Positions 28,028 to 36,972 of a stretch of DNA of 64,000 nucleotides are shown in pieces. The notes under the pieces were generated by a model. The model was not told the DNA's origin, ran no database searches, and saw nothing but the letters and a program-made list of their open reading frames with translations. The DNA lies in NCBI GenBank assembly GCA_016206785.1, contig JACQQV010000010.1, positions 302 to 64,301 on the forward strand, read 5' to 3'. This DNA comes from Candidatus Omnitrophota bacterium. Lineage in GTDB: Bacteria > Omnitrophota > Gorgyraeia > JACQQV01. Within the stretch, counting starts at the first letter, position 1. The number at the start of each line of letters is the position of its first letter. The position numbers were made by a program, and so were the translations under genes.

Positions 28028-28156
28028 TGACAAATACCAAAATTCAAATGACAAATGAATGACAAAGTACAAATTCCAAATAACAAAACCTTGACTTTGG
28101 GATTTGTCATTTGGGATTTGGATTTATTTTGTGCTTTGGATTTTGTCATTTGTCAT
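28027..28156. repeat. Inverted heptamer array (NNNNCAA units)
   Basis: Each arm is 4 heptamers + 4 nt + 4 heptamers (e.g. ATGACAA, ATTCCAA); the arms are inverted. Confidence 0.85.
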
Positions 28157-29347
28157 TAGTTCTTTGCCTGCCAGAACGGTAACAAGCCGATCGATCACCT
28201 CGCCCATCACCCGGTCGGGTGTCGAAGCCCCTGAGGTAATTCCTATTTGAATGGGGCCTTCCTTCGCCCATTTGCACGTGACAGTGAGTTCCTTTTTTCC
28301 AACCGGCTTATGGCGGATTGCTTCCCGAGAAATGATGCATGCGGCATCTTCAATATGGTAGGCGCGCGTTTTTAAAACGGCGATTTCGCAGAGATGATTG
28401 GTATTGGAACTGTTGTAACCGCCGACGACGACCATCACGTCGACCCCCTCTTCCAAAAGACTGATTACCGCATCCTGCCGCTCTTGTGTGGCACTACAAA
28501 TCGTGTCGAAAGAGCGGAAATGGGTGTCGAGATTTTCCGGGCCATATTTTTTTGCCATCGTCTCGCCGAAAAGTCTGGCGACTGCCAGTGACTCACTGGA
28601 GAGCATCGTGGTCTGATTGGCGCACCCCACCTGTTCCAAGTCTCTCTCCGGATTAAAGCCGGGCGAAGCGACCCGGCCGAATTTTTTCAAAAAGAGTTCC
28701 TTGGAACCGCCGTTTAACATGTGGCTGCACACCTCTTTCGCTTCGTCGAGATCAAGAAGAACAAGAAATTTTCCGCCCGGAAATTGCGTGGCACGCGAAG
28801 AGGTGGCGCGTGTTTCCTCATGATCGAATTTCCCATGAATAATCGCTGTATAGCCGTCCTGCGCATACCGTTCCACCCGTTTCCAGACATGGACCACCGA
28901 CCCGCAGGTCGTATCGACGAGGATGCACCCTTTCGCCTTCAGTTTCTCAAGATCCGCAACCGGCACCCCGAAAGCAGGAATCAAAACAACCGCATCCGGC
29001 GGGACCGCATCAAATCCTCGCCCGTTCAAAAACGAAATTCCCATCTCTTTCAACCGATTGTTCACCCGGGGATTATGAATGATCTCGCTGGTGAGGTAAA
29101 TTTTCCGTTCCGGAAATTTGAGTCGGGTCTCATACGCGTAGTCAACCGCCTTGTCGACGCCGTAGCAGAAACCGAACTCCTGAGCGAGGCGGATTGTCAG
29201 ATCCCCGGTGCGATACGTGTGCCCCTCCGCCTTCAGTTTCTCCACGAGGGCGCTATGGTAGTCCTCGACCAGGGTCTCTTTGATCTCCCCTTTGAGACCA
29301 AAGCCATGCTTGTAATAGGTAGAATCTGTTGTGTTGGGTGCAGTCAT
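28124..29347 (-). CDS. ispH: 4-hydroxy-3-methylbut-2-enyl diphosphate reductase
   Basis: GFCYGV, IIHNP, DTTC, QTT, DTICSATQERQ, SSNT and GASTP motifs. Confidence 0.95.
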   Translation of the reverse strand: MTAPNTTDSTYYKHGFGLKGEIKETLVEDYHSALVEKLKAEGHTYRTGDLTIRLAQEFGFCYGVDKAVDYAYETRLKFPERKIYLTSEIIHNPRVNNRLKEMGISFLNGRGFDAVPPDAVVLIPAFGVPVADLEKLKAKGCILVDTTCGSVVHVWKRVERYAQDGYTAIIHGKFDHEETRATSSRATQFPGGKFLVLLDLDEAKEVCSHMLNGGSKELFLKKFGRVASPGFNPERDLEQVGCANQTTMLSSESLAVARLFGETMAKKYGPENLDTHFRSFDTICSATQERQDAVISLLEEGVDVMVVVGGYNSSNTNHLCEIAVLKTRAYHIEDAACIISREAIRHKPVGKKELTVTCKWAKEGPIQIGITSGASTPDRVMGEVIDRLVTVLAGKELMTNDKIQSTK

Positions 29348-29387
29348 AGTGAAAAAATTATAGCAGATTTAGGAAGAAAACTCAACG

Positions 29388-32300
29388 TCAAATCGCCTGT
29401 TCCACCAGCCTCTCCCTCGGCGACACCCTAGGAACAGGTCTAAGGCGAGTTGGGACTAAGTCCCTTTGAAGCGGAGACCTTCCCCTTTCGAAGGCGGGAC
29501 TTGGTCCCGATTCCTCCAATGCATCCCGCCGCCCGCCGTCCTGGACAGTTCCATCGTCTTTCTGAGTGATGAGGAACTTTACCGCCGCAAATGCTTCTTC
29601 CGCACCCTCTCCTTCTACAGTCAGTCTCACAGCATGACCCCGCTCTGCAGCAAGCATCATGAGCGATAGAATACTTCTCGCATTTGCTGCGCCACTTTTC
29701 CCCGTCACATTCATCAACCGAATTTGAGTTCCATCAAATCGCCGTGCGACCTTCACAATGTCCGTAAGCACCCTTAGGTGAAGACCGAGGAGATTCCTCA
29801 CCACGAACGTTCCTTCAATTTTCTTTTCACCGCCGTCACGGGCGGTCTCCTTCTCTTGGTAGATTGCAAGACTAACCCCAACAGGGAGACCACTTTGGGG
29901 TTTCGGCCAGACTTCTGTTTCTTTGAGGTCGAGGCCCGCAAGGACCGCTGCGAGCCGATGATCTTGGAATGGAATAATCCATTGCGCGGAGAGATAATGG
30001 GTCCCCCAATAAGAGACGGCAGCGACCGATTCCACCTTCATGCGGACGTTGGGATCGTTCGGAATTTCTTCTTCCATCTCTTCAGTCCTCGGCGTGTGAA
30101 GTTCCAAGAGGCTTAAACCGTGCCGGGCATAGGGGGCCCATCGTTTGAAGAACTGGATCAGGTCTGCAAAGAGGACCACGGATGGAACAAGGCGGCCCTT
30201 ACTGGAACCGGAGGTGGTGAGCTGTTGAACGACCAGCGCTACTACCGTTTCGTCATCAACGACATTTTTCCTTAAGAAATTATCCTTTTCAGGAAGATCT
30301 CTTTCCCCTGACGCCTTTAAGGCCTCCCAGAGCGCCCCGCGATCCACTTTTCCTATTTGCTCACGAATAATCTCCATCGCCTTTTCACGACCATGCGTTG
30401 GGTCATCTATAGAAAGCTTGAGATTTCGTTCATGAGGAATAAATTCTTGAGTATGATAAAAGTCTTTCGCCTCAAGTGGACCGACCTCTGGAATCTCTAA
30501 CTTTTTGATGGCCGCAGCAAATTCATCCGGATCGGTGGCATCTCCCCATAGGACTTTAAAGAAAACGCCTTCTAAGTCTCTAAGTTCTTTCGTGAGTGTG
30601 CCCCTCAAGGTATCGAGCGAGTCTTCGTTATAGTCCGAAGCGATCGCCACCAAGGGATGGGTTTTTAGATGCTTTCCCCCCTCTGTGTTCTCGACAATAG
30701 ACTTAACCCGTTCGACCACCAGGTGCCCGGCGCCGGCCCCCGTTGTGGCGATCCCGATCGGCTGTTCTTCAATCGGTAAGTCAAAGATCTTTTTATCGCG
30801 CGCTTTCAGACTTTCAAGATACGCCTCATGGGCACGATCTGACCCTAAGATGTCCAAAAGCCGATGAATATGATTGTCGTCGGAGATCCCCCACGGGTCC
30901 GGATCTCCCCAAAGGATCTCATGGAGGAGTTGGTACGATTTAAGATAGGCGACGGGTACCCCATAACTTCCAAATTTCGAAAGGAGGGCGCGGCCGAGCG
31001 GTGTCAGACGAATGACTTCTCCCTTTTCACCGTCGCGGGTCAGAAATTTCTGAGACTCCAAAAGATCGAAGGCCACATCCAAGAAATCGCGGTTATACCT
31101 TTTCCCAAGCTGCTCAAGATTCAACGTACTGTCTTTTTTAAATTTCTCTAAGACGGAAGGCCCGATCCTGGTAATCTGGTTTTCATGATGTCGATAGAGA
31201 CCGAAGCCGATCGCTGCAAGAGTTGGGCTTCTAATCATTCCAGTCAGATAACTCCGGATCTGTTCGGTAACCCGCTCAGCAATATAGAGTTCTTCTCCTT
31301 TCAAAAGACCCGTAGAGACGTAATGAGAGGCCTCGGGAAGATACCACCCTTTTATACTGAGATCGACAAGTTTGCGATATTCTCTAAGCGCCTCTTCACG
31401 CTTTTTAATTTCGGATTGCTTTCTGGGTGGAGGACCTCGAAAATAATGCGGGTAGTATTCCCTAAAACGTTCAATCGCTTGGATCAGTTCTTCAGGAAGA
31501 TAGCCCCCCTTTGCCATCGTCACAGCAACTTTTCCCTGAGGGGTAAGGGTGTAAGTCGTCCCCTCATCCACCCCTTTCACCCTCACCCATCCCTGAAGCG
31601 CCATGACCCGCATCGCGCCATAAAGATTCCCCATATTTTTCTCGGGCTTCTCAGGATTAAAAATTTCTGCAATGTGTCGAAGGGCTACCTCCTGCTCGCC
31701 TTCCCCAAACAGACCATAGTCTCTTTCCTCCGTCCCAAAAAGTCCTTTCTGAGTAAGATGGAAGAGCGTCGGAATTTCGACAAGGCCGTTGATATCCTGA
31801 AACACCATCGGGAGAATTGACCTCTTCTTGTCTGTAGAAAGAGCCTCTTCAAGTAAAATCTTGCGATGGCCATCTTGAGCCCCTTCCTCCTCCGGGGTAT
31901 ACTCTATACGGAGTTCCGCCTTAATGAGCTCGAGGATCTCTTCCGCATTCTCTCCTTCGACCATGATCTTGAGTTCGTCTCCCTCTTCTGCAGCGAGTAT
32001 CATCAGTTCCATAACGTTCTTGGCATTTGCAACTTCGCCCGTTTTAACATGCATGATGGCAACTTTACTTTTGGACGCATTTACAACCTTGGCAATCATT
32101 CCAGCGGGTCTTGCATGAAGCCCCAGAGGGTTGGTCACTGGAACGATTGCTTCAACCCGCTTCTCGCCACCGTCGGAAGCGCCCTTTCCCTCGCCCCGCC
32201 CCACCTTCTGTTCTCTTTTGGAAAGACCCGCTGCAGGGAATTCCCTTTCGTGCCGCAACTCCTTGAGGACCTGAGACAACTTGCTTCCTGGCGGGAAATG

Positions 32301-35225
32301 GGCCAGGAACCAAGCGCCCCATCGGGAGCCCCACCACTTCTGCCCCACGTCCGCATCGATGATCGCTGCAATTCTCGGAAGCCGCAGACTTCGGATATCT
32401 CGGGTGACACCGACATGGAATTTTTCAATATGGACCTTGTACAATGCCTCTTTTAAGGCATCTGATGGGATCTGGCTTGCCTTCTCCTGAATCGCAAGAA
32501 TCTGCTCGACTTTTTCTCCATGCAAAGTCTTCCCGCCTTTCTTGAAAAGTTCCTTCATCCTTGACCGTGCTACCATAGTGATCTCTTCGTCTGTAAGCAA
32601 AATAATCCTTGAGATCTTAACGACCGCTTCCTTTGGTAAAATACCTGTTTTCTTTACTTCTCCTTCTTTATCCAGATAATAAAGCTCCCGCCACTCTGGA
32701 CGAAGTTCGCGCAAAGGCCGCGTCCCTCCGAAAATCTTTCCACCGATCGCAAAGAGCCGTGTCAATTCATGACTCATTAAAGTCCAGCCTGGATAGAGGC
32801 GTCTACCCGTCATGGGATCTTTCGCCCCAACCAGAAGCCATGTCATATAGGAACGGCCGATTCCTTCTTGACCCACAAGAAGAACCGTCTCCTTTGTCTC
32901 TTCGTTGTAGAGAATATTCCCGTGGAAGACCTCGATGCCCAGGACCTGAGCCAGTTGTTCCCGATTCGGCATCTTCCCTCCTATATACAAGACCTCTTCC
33001 GCAACCTTCATCAGAGGTCCCTCCACGAGTTCTGAAATTTTTGCTCCTCTTTGGACGTCGTTTTGGATCTGTCTGACCCACCGGAGAATCTCGTTTTCCT
33101 CGGAAATGTCACGCCGTGTTAAGAGAGAAAGAACTTTTTTATCTTCTCGAGCAAGATCTTCCGAAACGATTTTGATCCGACGCGTGTGATTTGCCTGCAC
33201 CCTTTCCAAAAAGGACTTAGGAGATTCTTCTGTTTGTGTTACCCACTCTCCGTCTACGAAACGATCTACTTGGACGCCGTCCCGCCCGATAAACCGGAGT
33301 GCAATTCCTGCCCCTCCCTTAGCGACCGGATCATCAAAGTCAGTCCCCATGCTCCTATTTTGAATATTAAAGTTCGGGGCCCCCGTCATGATGGCGGTGA
33401 CTTCATGTCCTCCCTCTCCATCCACCTGGATCGATGGAAGAAATTCCTCAAGATTCAATTTCTGACTGTCCTCTTTCCAACCCGCAGCCATCACCGGTGA
33501 AAGCTCCACATTCATGAGATCATGGAAGACATTTGCCTTGAACGTATCGGTGGTCCGGATCAGTTCCTCCTTCCTATCCCAATCCGAAAAGGAAACTTCT
33601 TTCCCCCCTCCTAAAGCGCCAGGAAGTGAGCCCCCTACATAAAGAACTCCAAATTCATCCAAATGGTAAGTATAAAACCGCATTTTGATCCATTCTTCGG
33701 CAATCTCCCTGAGCCGTGGGTCTTCCCGGAAATTATGAAGATCGAGTTCTGGAATGAGTTTCGTTTCTTCCCCTTCTTCTTGCCGAATCACTTCATCATT
33801 GTAGTAACGAATTTCTTTATTCCTTGCCTCAAGGAAGGCCTCACCACCATACACACTGTCCCAAGCCCCATCCAAACCAGGATAACCCATCATGGTAAAA
33901 AGAAAGACAAGGTCATCCGGTTGGAAGATATAGACCCCTCTTCCTTCAAACTTTTTTTCAAACTCCCGAAGCATGTCATGCACAACAAGAGGAGATCCTC
34001 CGCCAAGCGAGCGACCACGGCTTTTTCCGAACAGGTCTCCCATGAGGATGATCTTATCCACCCGCCGTTCCACCGCTCTCTGGAGCATGAGATTGAGCGC
34101 CCTTGCATCTCCTTTAATATCCCCAATGATAGCCGTTTCCGGAACCTCTGGGTCTCCCTCTCCGTTGATGGTCCGGACGACCCGTTGATACTCTTCTGCC
34201 CGTCGAAGACGTTTGAGCGCCGTGGAAAGATGGATTCTAAAATCTTGCGGGATATTCACATCGGAAAGCGCTTCCTCCGGCCATCCTTTTGGATTGAGGA
34301 GGCGTACAATGGGAGGAATGGCAAGACTCAATGCAAAATTGGTGTAAATCTGGCGGGTGCCTCTCGAGAGATCGATAAAATTTCTCGCAAAACGCCTTTC
34401 AATCTCGTCGACCGTTGCCATATAGCGGTTTAGGAAATCTTTGTCAACGGAAATGACCCCTTTGTCGGAAAGTTGTTCAAGATATTCCTTCAATTTCTCT
34501 CTTTTTGGTTTCTCGATAAGAAGAAGACGCCCCATTTCTCCGAGAAGACCGAAGACTTGAGGAGTAAATCCAATGGCAGAAGATCCGATCAGTTCCGGAT
34601 CGTGACGGATGGCTGAGGAGCGGAGAAGAGTGACCCAGAATTCCCAGAAAATTTCCTCTGGAGGTGCATGGGCAGGGTCTGCAAGGGCTTCATGGACCAG
34701 AACACGCTCGCGGCTTTCTCTGCGGAGGAGTGTTTTCATCCCGCGGGCAAACCTGAAATGATGATGCCGTGCAAGACTTGCAAAAAGCTCCCTTGTCTTC
34801 CGATACGGCTCTTCGTCTTTGTTCAAAAGTTGCGAGAAAAGGGTATAAGGACTTGTTGGAGGTTTGTGAGGAACGAGATAGCCTCTCGCATCAACGGCCT
34901 GAACCCCTTTAAAAATTTCAATTTTTCCCCCAAGAATTTCGGTCGGAAGACCCCGTCCAAGCAAGACATAACTGGAATGGAACTGGGGAGACTTGGCCAG
35001 AGGGCTGACGGTATGTTCACCGCCATCTCTTGCGGATGTCCCAGAAATCGCTTGTCGAAGGGTCGGGTCAAAGGCGGCCGATTTTGGCCTCAACAAAGAA
35101 GAGCCTGGGCAAGGGGAAAAACGTCTCCCCACTGCGGAAGGGAAACGCTCCCCTGCCCAGGCCCAGTCCAAAGGAAGGGTGGTGAAGAGAAAACATTCAA
35201 GTAGGATCAGTGAGATGATGCGCAT
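29388..35225 (-). CDS. 1945-aa secreted modular protein: phosphoesterase-like, HprK-like, HPr, AprA-like wHTH/methyltransferase, HPr
   Basis: Signal peptide; IIGDIKGD/LMGDLFG; HGNIL..VGQEGIGRS; GLHARPAG; AprA-family-like motifs; GLHLR...ARSILSL; five xDGG-type linkers. Confidence 0.8.
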   Translation of the reverse strand: MRIISLILLECFLFTTLPLDWAWAGERFPSAVGRRFSPCPGSSLLRPKSAAFDPTLRQAISGTSARDGGEHTVSPLAKSPQFHSSYVLLGRGLPTEILGGKIEIFKGVQAVDARGYLVPHKPPTSPYTLFSQLLNKDEEPYRKTRELFASLARHHHFRFARGMKTLLRRESRERVLVHEALADPAHAPPEEIFWEFWVTLLRSSAIRHDPELIGSSAIGFTPQVFGLLGEMGRLLLIEKPKREKLKEYLEQLSDKGVISVDKDFLNRYMATVDEIERRFARNFIDLSRGTRQIYTNFALSLAIPPIVRLLNPKGWPEEALSDVNIPQDFRIHLSTALKRLRRAEEYQRVVRTINGEGDPEVPETAIIGDIKGDARALNLMLQRAVERRVDKIILMGDLFGKSRGRSLGGGSPLVVHDMLREFEKKFEGRGVYIFQPDDLVFLFTMMGYPGLDGAWDSVYGGEAFLEARNKEIRYYNDEVIRQEEGEETKLIPELDLHNFREDPRLREIAEEWIKMRFYTYHLDEFGVLYVGGSLPGALGGGKEVSFSDWDRKEELIRTTDTFKANVFHDLMNVELSPVMAAGWKEDSQKLNLEEFLPSIQVDGEGGHEVTAIMTGAPNFNIQNRSMGTDFDDPVAKGGAGIALRFIGRDGVQVDRFVDGEWVTQTEESPKSFLERVQANHTRRIKIVSEDLAREDKKVLSLLTRRDISEENEILRWVRQIQNDVQRGAKISELVEGPLMKVAEEVLYIGGKMPNREQLAQVLGIEVFHGNILYNEETKETVLLVGQEGIGRSYMTWLLVGAKDPMTGRRLYPGWTLMSHELTRLFAIGGKIFGGTRPLRELRPEWRELYYLDKEGEVKKTGILPKEAVVKISRIILLTDEEITMVARSRMKELFKKGGKTLHGEKVEQILAIQEKASQIPSDALKEALYKVHIEKFHVGVTRDIRSLRLPRIAAIIDADVGQKWWGSRWGAWFLAHFPPGSKLSQVLKELRHEREFPAAGLSKREQKVGRGEGKGASDGGEKRVEAIVPVTNPLGLHARPAGMIAKVVNASKSKVAIMHVKTGEVANAKNVMELMILAAEEGDELKIMVEGENAEEILELIKAELRIEYTPEEEGAQDGHRKILLEEALSTDKKRSILPMVFQDINGLVEIPTLFHLTQKGLFGTEERDYGLFGEGEQEVALRHIAEIFNPEKPEKNMGNLYGAMRVMALQGWVRVKGVDEGTTYTLTPQGKVAVTMAKGGYLPEELIQAIERFREYYPHYFRGPPPRKQSEIKKREEALREYRKLVDLSIKGWYLPEASHYVSTGLLKGEELYIAERVTEQIRSYLTGMIRSPTLAAIGFGLYRHHENQITRIGPSVLEKFKKDSTLNLEQLGKRYNRDFLDVAFDLLESQKFLTRDGEKGEVIRLTPLGRALLSKFGSYGVPVAYLKSYQLLHEILWGDPDPWGISDDNHIHRLLDILGSDRAHEAYLESLKARDKKIFDLPIEEQPIGIATTGAGAGHLVVERVKSIVENTEGGKHLKTHPLVAIASDYNEDSLDTLRGTLTKELRDLEGVFFKVLWGDATDPDEFAAAIKKLEIPEVGPLEAKDFYHTQEFIPHERNLKLSIDDPTHGREKAMEIIREQIGKVDRGALWEALKASGERDLPEKDNFLRKNVVDDETVVALVVQQLTTSGSSKGRLVPSVVLFADLIQFFKRWAPYARHGLSLLELHTPRTEEMEEEIPNDPNVRMKVESVAAVSYWGTHYLSAQWIIPFQDHRLAAVLAGLDLKETEVWPKPQSGLPVGVSLAIYQEKETARDGGEKKIEGTFVVRNLLGLHLRVLTDIVKVARRFDGTQIRLMNVTGKSGAANARSILSLMMLAAERGHAVRLTVEGEGAEEAFAAVKFLITQKDDGTVQDGGRRDALEESGPSPAFERGRSPLQRDLVPTRLRPVPRVSPRERLVEQAI
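29452..29508. repeat. 57-bp element (copy B), in-frame within the giant CDS
   Basis: GGGACTAAGTCCC-31 nt-GGGACTTGGTCCC. Confidence 0.75.
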
Positions 35226-35256
35226 GGTTTTAAAAGAGTTTCAAATCGGGGTAAAC

Positions 35257-35288
35257 AAAAAACCGAGTTCCATTTTCAGGCAACTCGG
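35257..35288 (-). terminator. Riboswitch expression-platform terminator
   Basis: CCGAGTTGCC-TGAAAAT-GGAACTCGG-TTTTTT; overlaps the 3' strand of the aptamer. Confidence 0.8.
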
Positions 35289-35353
35289 CAGTCTATCGTT
35301 CAGATCCGCAGTTTTGTGCCCCAGCCTCTCGGCTGGTTTACCATTCTCTGAAA
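35274..35353 (-). ncRNA. c-di-GMP-I (GEMM-I) riboswitch
   Basis: P1 TTTCAG/CTGAAA; GGTAAACC-AGCC-GAGA-GGCT-GG-GGCACAAAAC...GGATCTGAA...GAGTTGCC. The G20/C92-equivalent positions are G and C. Confidence 0.88.
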
Positions 35354-35485
35354 GGACTTTCTTCCAACTTGAAACTTATGGGGAAAGTATACCTTAGAGA
35401 AGAGGATTTTTCAAGGGAGTATTTATAACTTCTGCGTCTACTAACACATCATAACACTTTAAATTATATATAGATATGAAATGGA

Positions 35486-35896
35486 TTATTTGGGGCCTAT
35501 TTTTTCTCCGGTTTGGAGTCGATTTTGGATCTGTTCGGGCTTAAACCGGCTCACGCGGGCTTCGTTCTTCTGATCACCCTCTCCTAACTTTTTAAGGGGG
35601 ATTGAATGGGTCTCGATCGGCTTCTTGATCGGTTCTCTTTGGGGGGAAGTGGATGCACTTCGTAATTTCTTAGGAGAATGGGTTTCGAGCTTTTTGATAA
35701 GAGTTCTTTCAGGATTGGTTTCAAGCGGTTTCTGAATTGTATCTCCTTTGATCGGTTTCCCCTTTTCTTGCGCGGCAAGGAATCGATCCGCTTTCGCTTT
35801 TTGTTCAGGAGTCTCCGAGACCTTCTTTGTTGTGTCAGATGCTGCGATCGGAATGAACCCTAAAACGAAAAGTAAAACGATTAGGATTCTTTTCAA
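35486..35896 (-). CDS. Secreted Lys/Pro-rich low-complexity protein
   Basis: The TTG start overlaps the upstream TGA. Signal peptide KRILIVLLFVLGFIPIAA; repeated K(P/K)(L/I)ET(N/H) units. Confidence 0.55.
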   Translation of the reverse strand: MKRILIVLLFVLGFIPIAASDTTKKVSETPEQKAKADRFLAAQEKGKPIKGDTIQKPLETNPERTLIKKLETHSPKKLRSASTSPQREPIKKPIETHSIPLKKLGEGDQKNEARVSRFKPEQIQNRLQTGEKIGPK

Positions 35897-36951
35897 TTCC
35901 AAACGCCTGGGATCGTTCGTTTGCATGTTGGACAGACACCGGTGGGTGTGAGGAGATCTTTCAAAATCGTATAGCCGTGACGTTCGATGAGAAGCGTCTT
36001 GCAGCCAGGGCAATAGGTGTTTTCATATTTTCCAACTTGGCCCGGCAGATTTCCCGCATAAATAAACTTTAGTCCGGCGGCTTCGCCGATCTGCGCAGCC
36101 CGAAGAAGTGTTTTGGCATTGGTATTGTCCGGTTCCTGCATCTTGTAATCTTTGTGGAAAGCGGTCACATGCCACGGAATTTCCGGTGAAACTGAAACAA
36201 GAAATTTTGCGATCTGCGCAAGTTCCTCATCCGAGTCATTGAAACCCGGGATGGTCAAGGTCACAATCTCCACCCAAAACCCCATCGACTTGAGTCGTTC
36301 GATTGTTTCAAGAACCGTTTTCAACACCCCTCCCAGTTGCCGATACTGTTTATCGTCAAATCCTTTGAGATCCACCTTATAGAGGTCGACCCAGGGGCGG
36401 ATATAACTTAAAACTTCCGGCGTTCCGTTTCCGTTCGAGATATAGGCGCATTTGAGATTTTCTTGCTTGGCGACCTGAAACACCTCCACCGCCCATTCGC
36501 TCGTAATCAACGGCTCGTTGTAGGTACTGGCAATGACCGGGGCATGATATTTTTTGGCAAGACTCACAAGTTCCTTGGGTCTGGTTGGCATCGGATGAGA
36601 AATGACATCCGGATCGCGAAGGACCTGAGAAGTCAAAAAGTTCTGACAATACGGGCAGTGGTAATCACATCCGAGCATACCGAAGGAGAGGGCGTCTCTG
36701 CCAGGAAAGGCATGAAAGAAAGGTTTTTTCTCGATCGGATCGCACTGGAGCGCCCCAACATATCCTGTCGGAACATAGAGAATCCCATCCCGGTTAAACC
36801 GGACTCGGCAGATACCATCCCTTCCCTCCCGAATGAGACACCGGTGGCCACAGGCAAAACAACGGAGTTCCTTATTGGGGAGCTTTTCATAAAGGGCCCC
36901 TTCGTGGGTGTGTCCGGCGAGAAGTTGTTGGAGGGTAAGCGTCTGCGGCAT
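35893..36951 (-). CDS. AmmeMemoRadiSam system radical SAM enzyme
   Basis: CFACGHRC, DPIEKKPFFH, GCDYHCPYCQN, TYNEP and a C-terminal zinc ribbon. Confidence 0.92.
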   Translation of the reverse strand: MPQTLTLQQLLAGHTHEGALYEKLPNKELRCFACGHRCLIREGRDGICRVRFNRDGILYVPTGYVGALQCDPIEKKPFFHAFPGRDALSFGMLGCDYHCPYCQNFLTSQVLRDPDVISHPMPTRPKELVSLAKKYHAPVIASTYNEPLITSEWAVEVFQVAKQENLKCAYISNGNGTPEVLSYIRPWVDLYKVDLKGFDDKQYRQLGGVLKTVLETIERLKSMGFWVEIVTLTIPGFNDSDEELAQIAKFLVSVSPEIPWHVTAFHKDYKMQEPDNTNAKTLLRAAQIGEAAGLKFIYAGNLPGQVGKYENTYCPGCKTLLIERHGYTILKDLLTPTGVCPTCKRTIPGVWN

Positions 36952-36972
36952 CTTGATACAAGTATACCATAA

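Noticed and set aside
28027-28156. Possible CRISPR array
   Set aside because: The units are 7 bp with no unique spacers, and there are no cas genes in the window.
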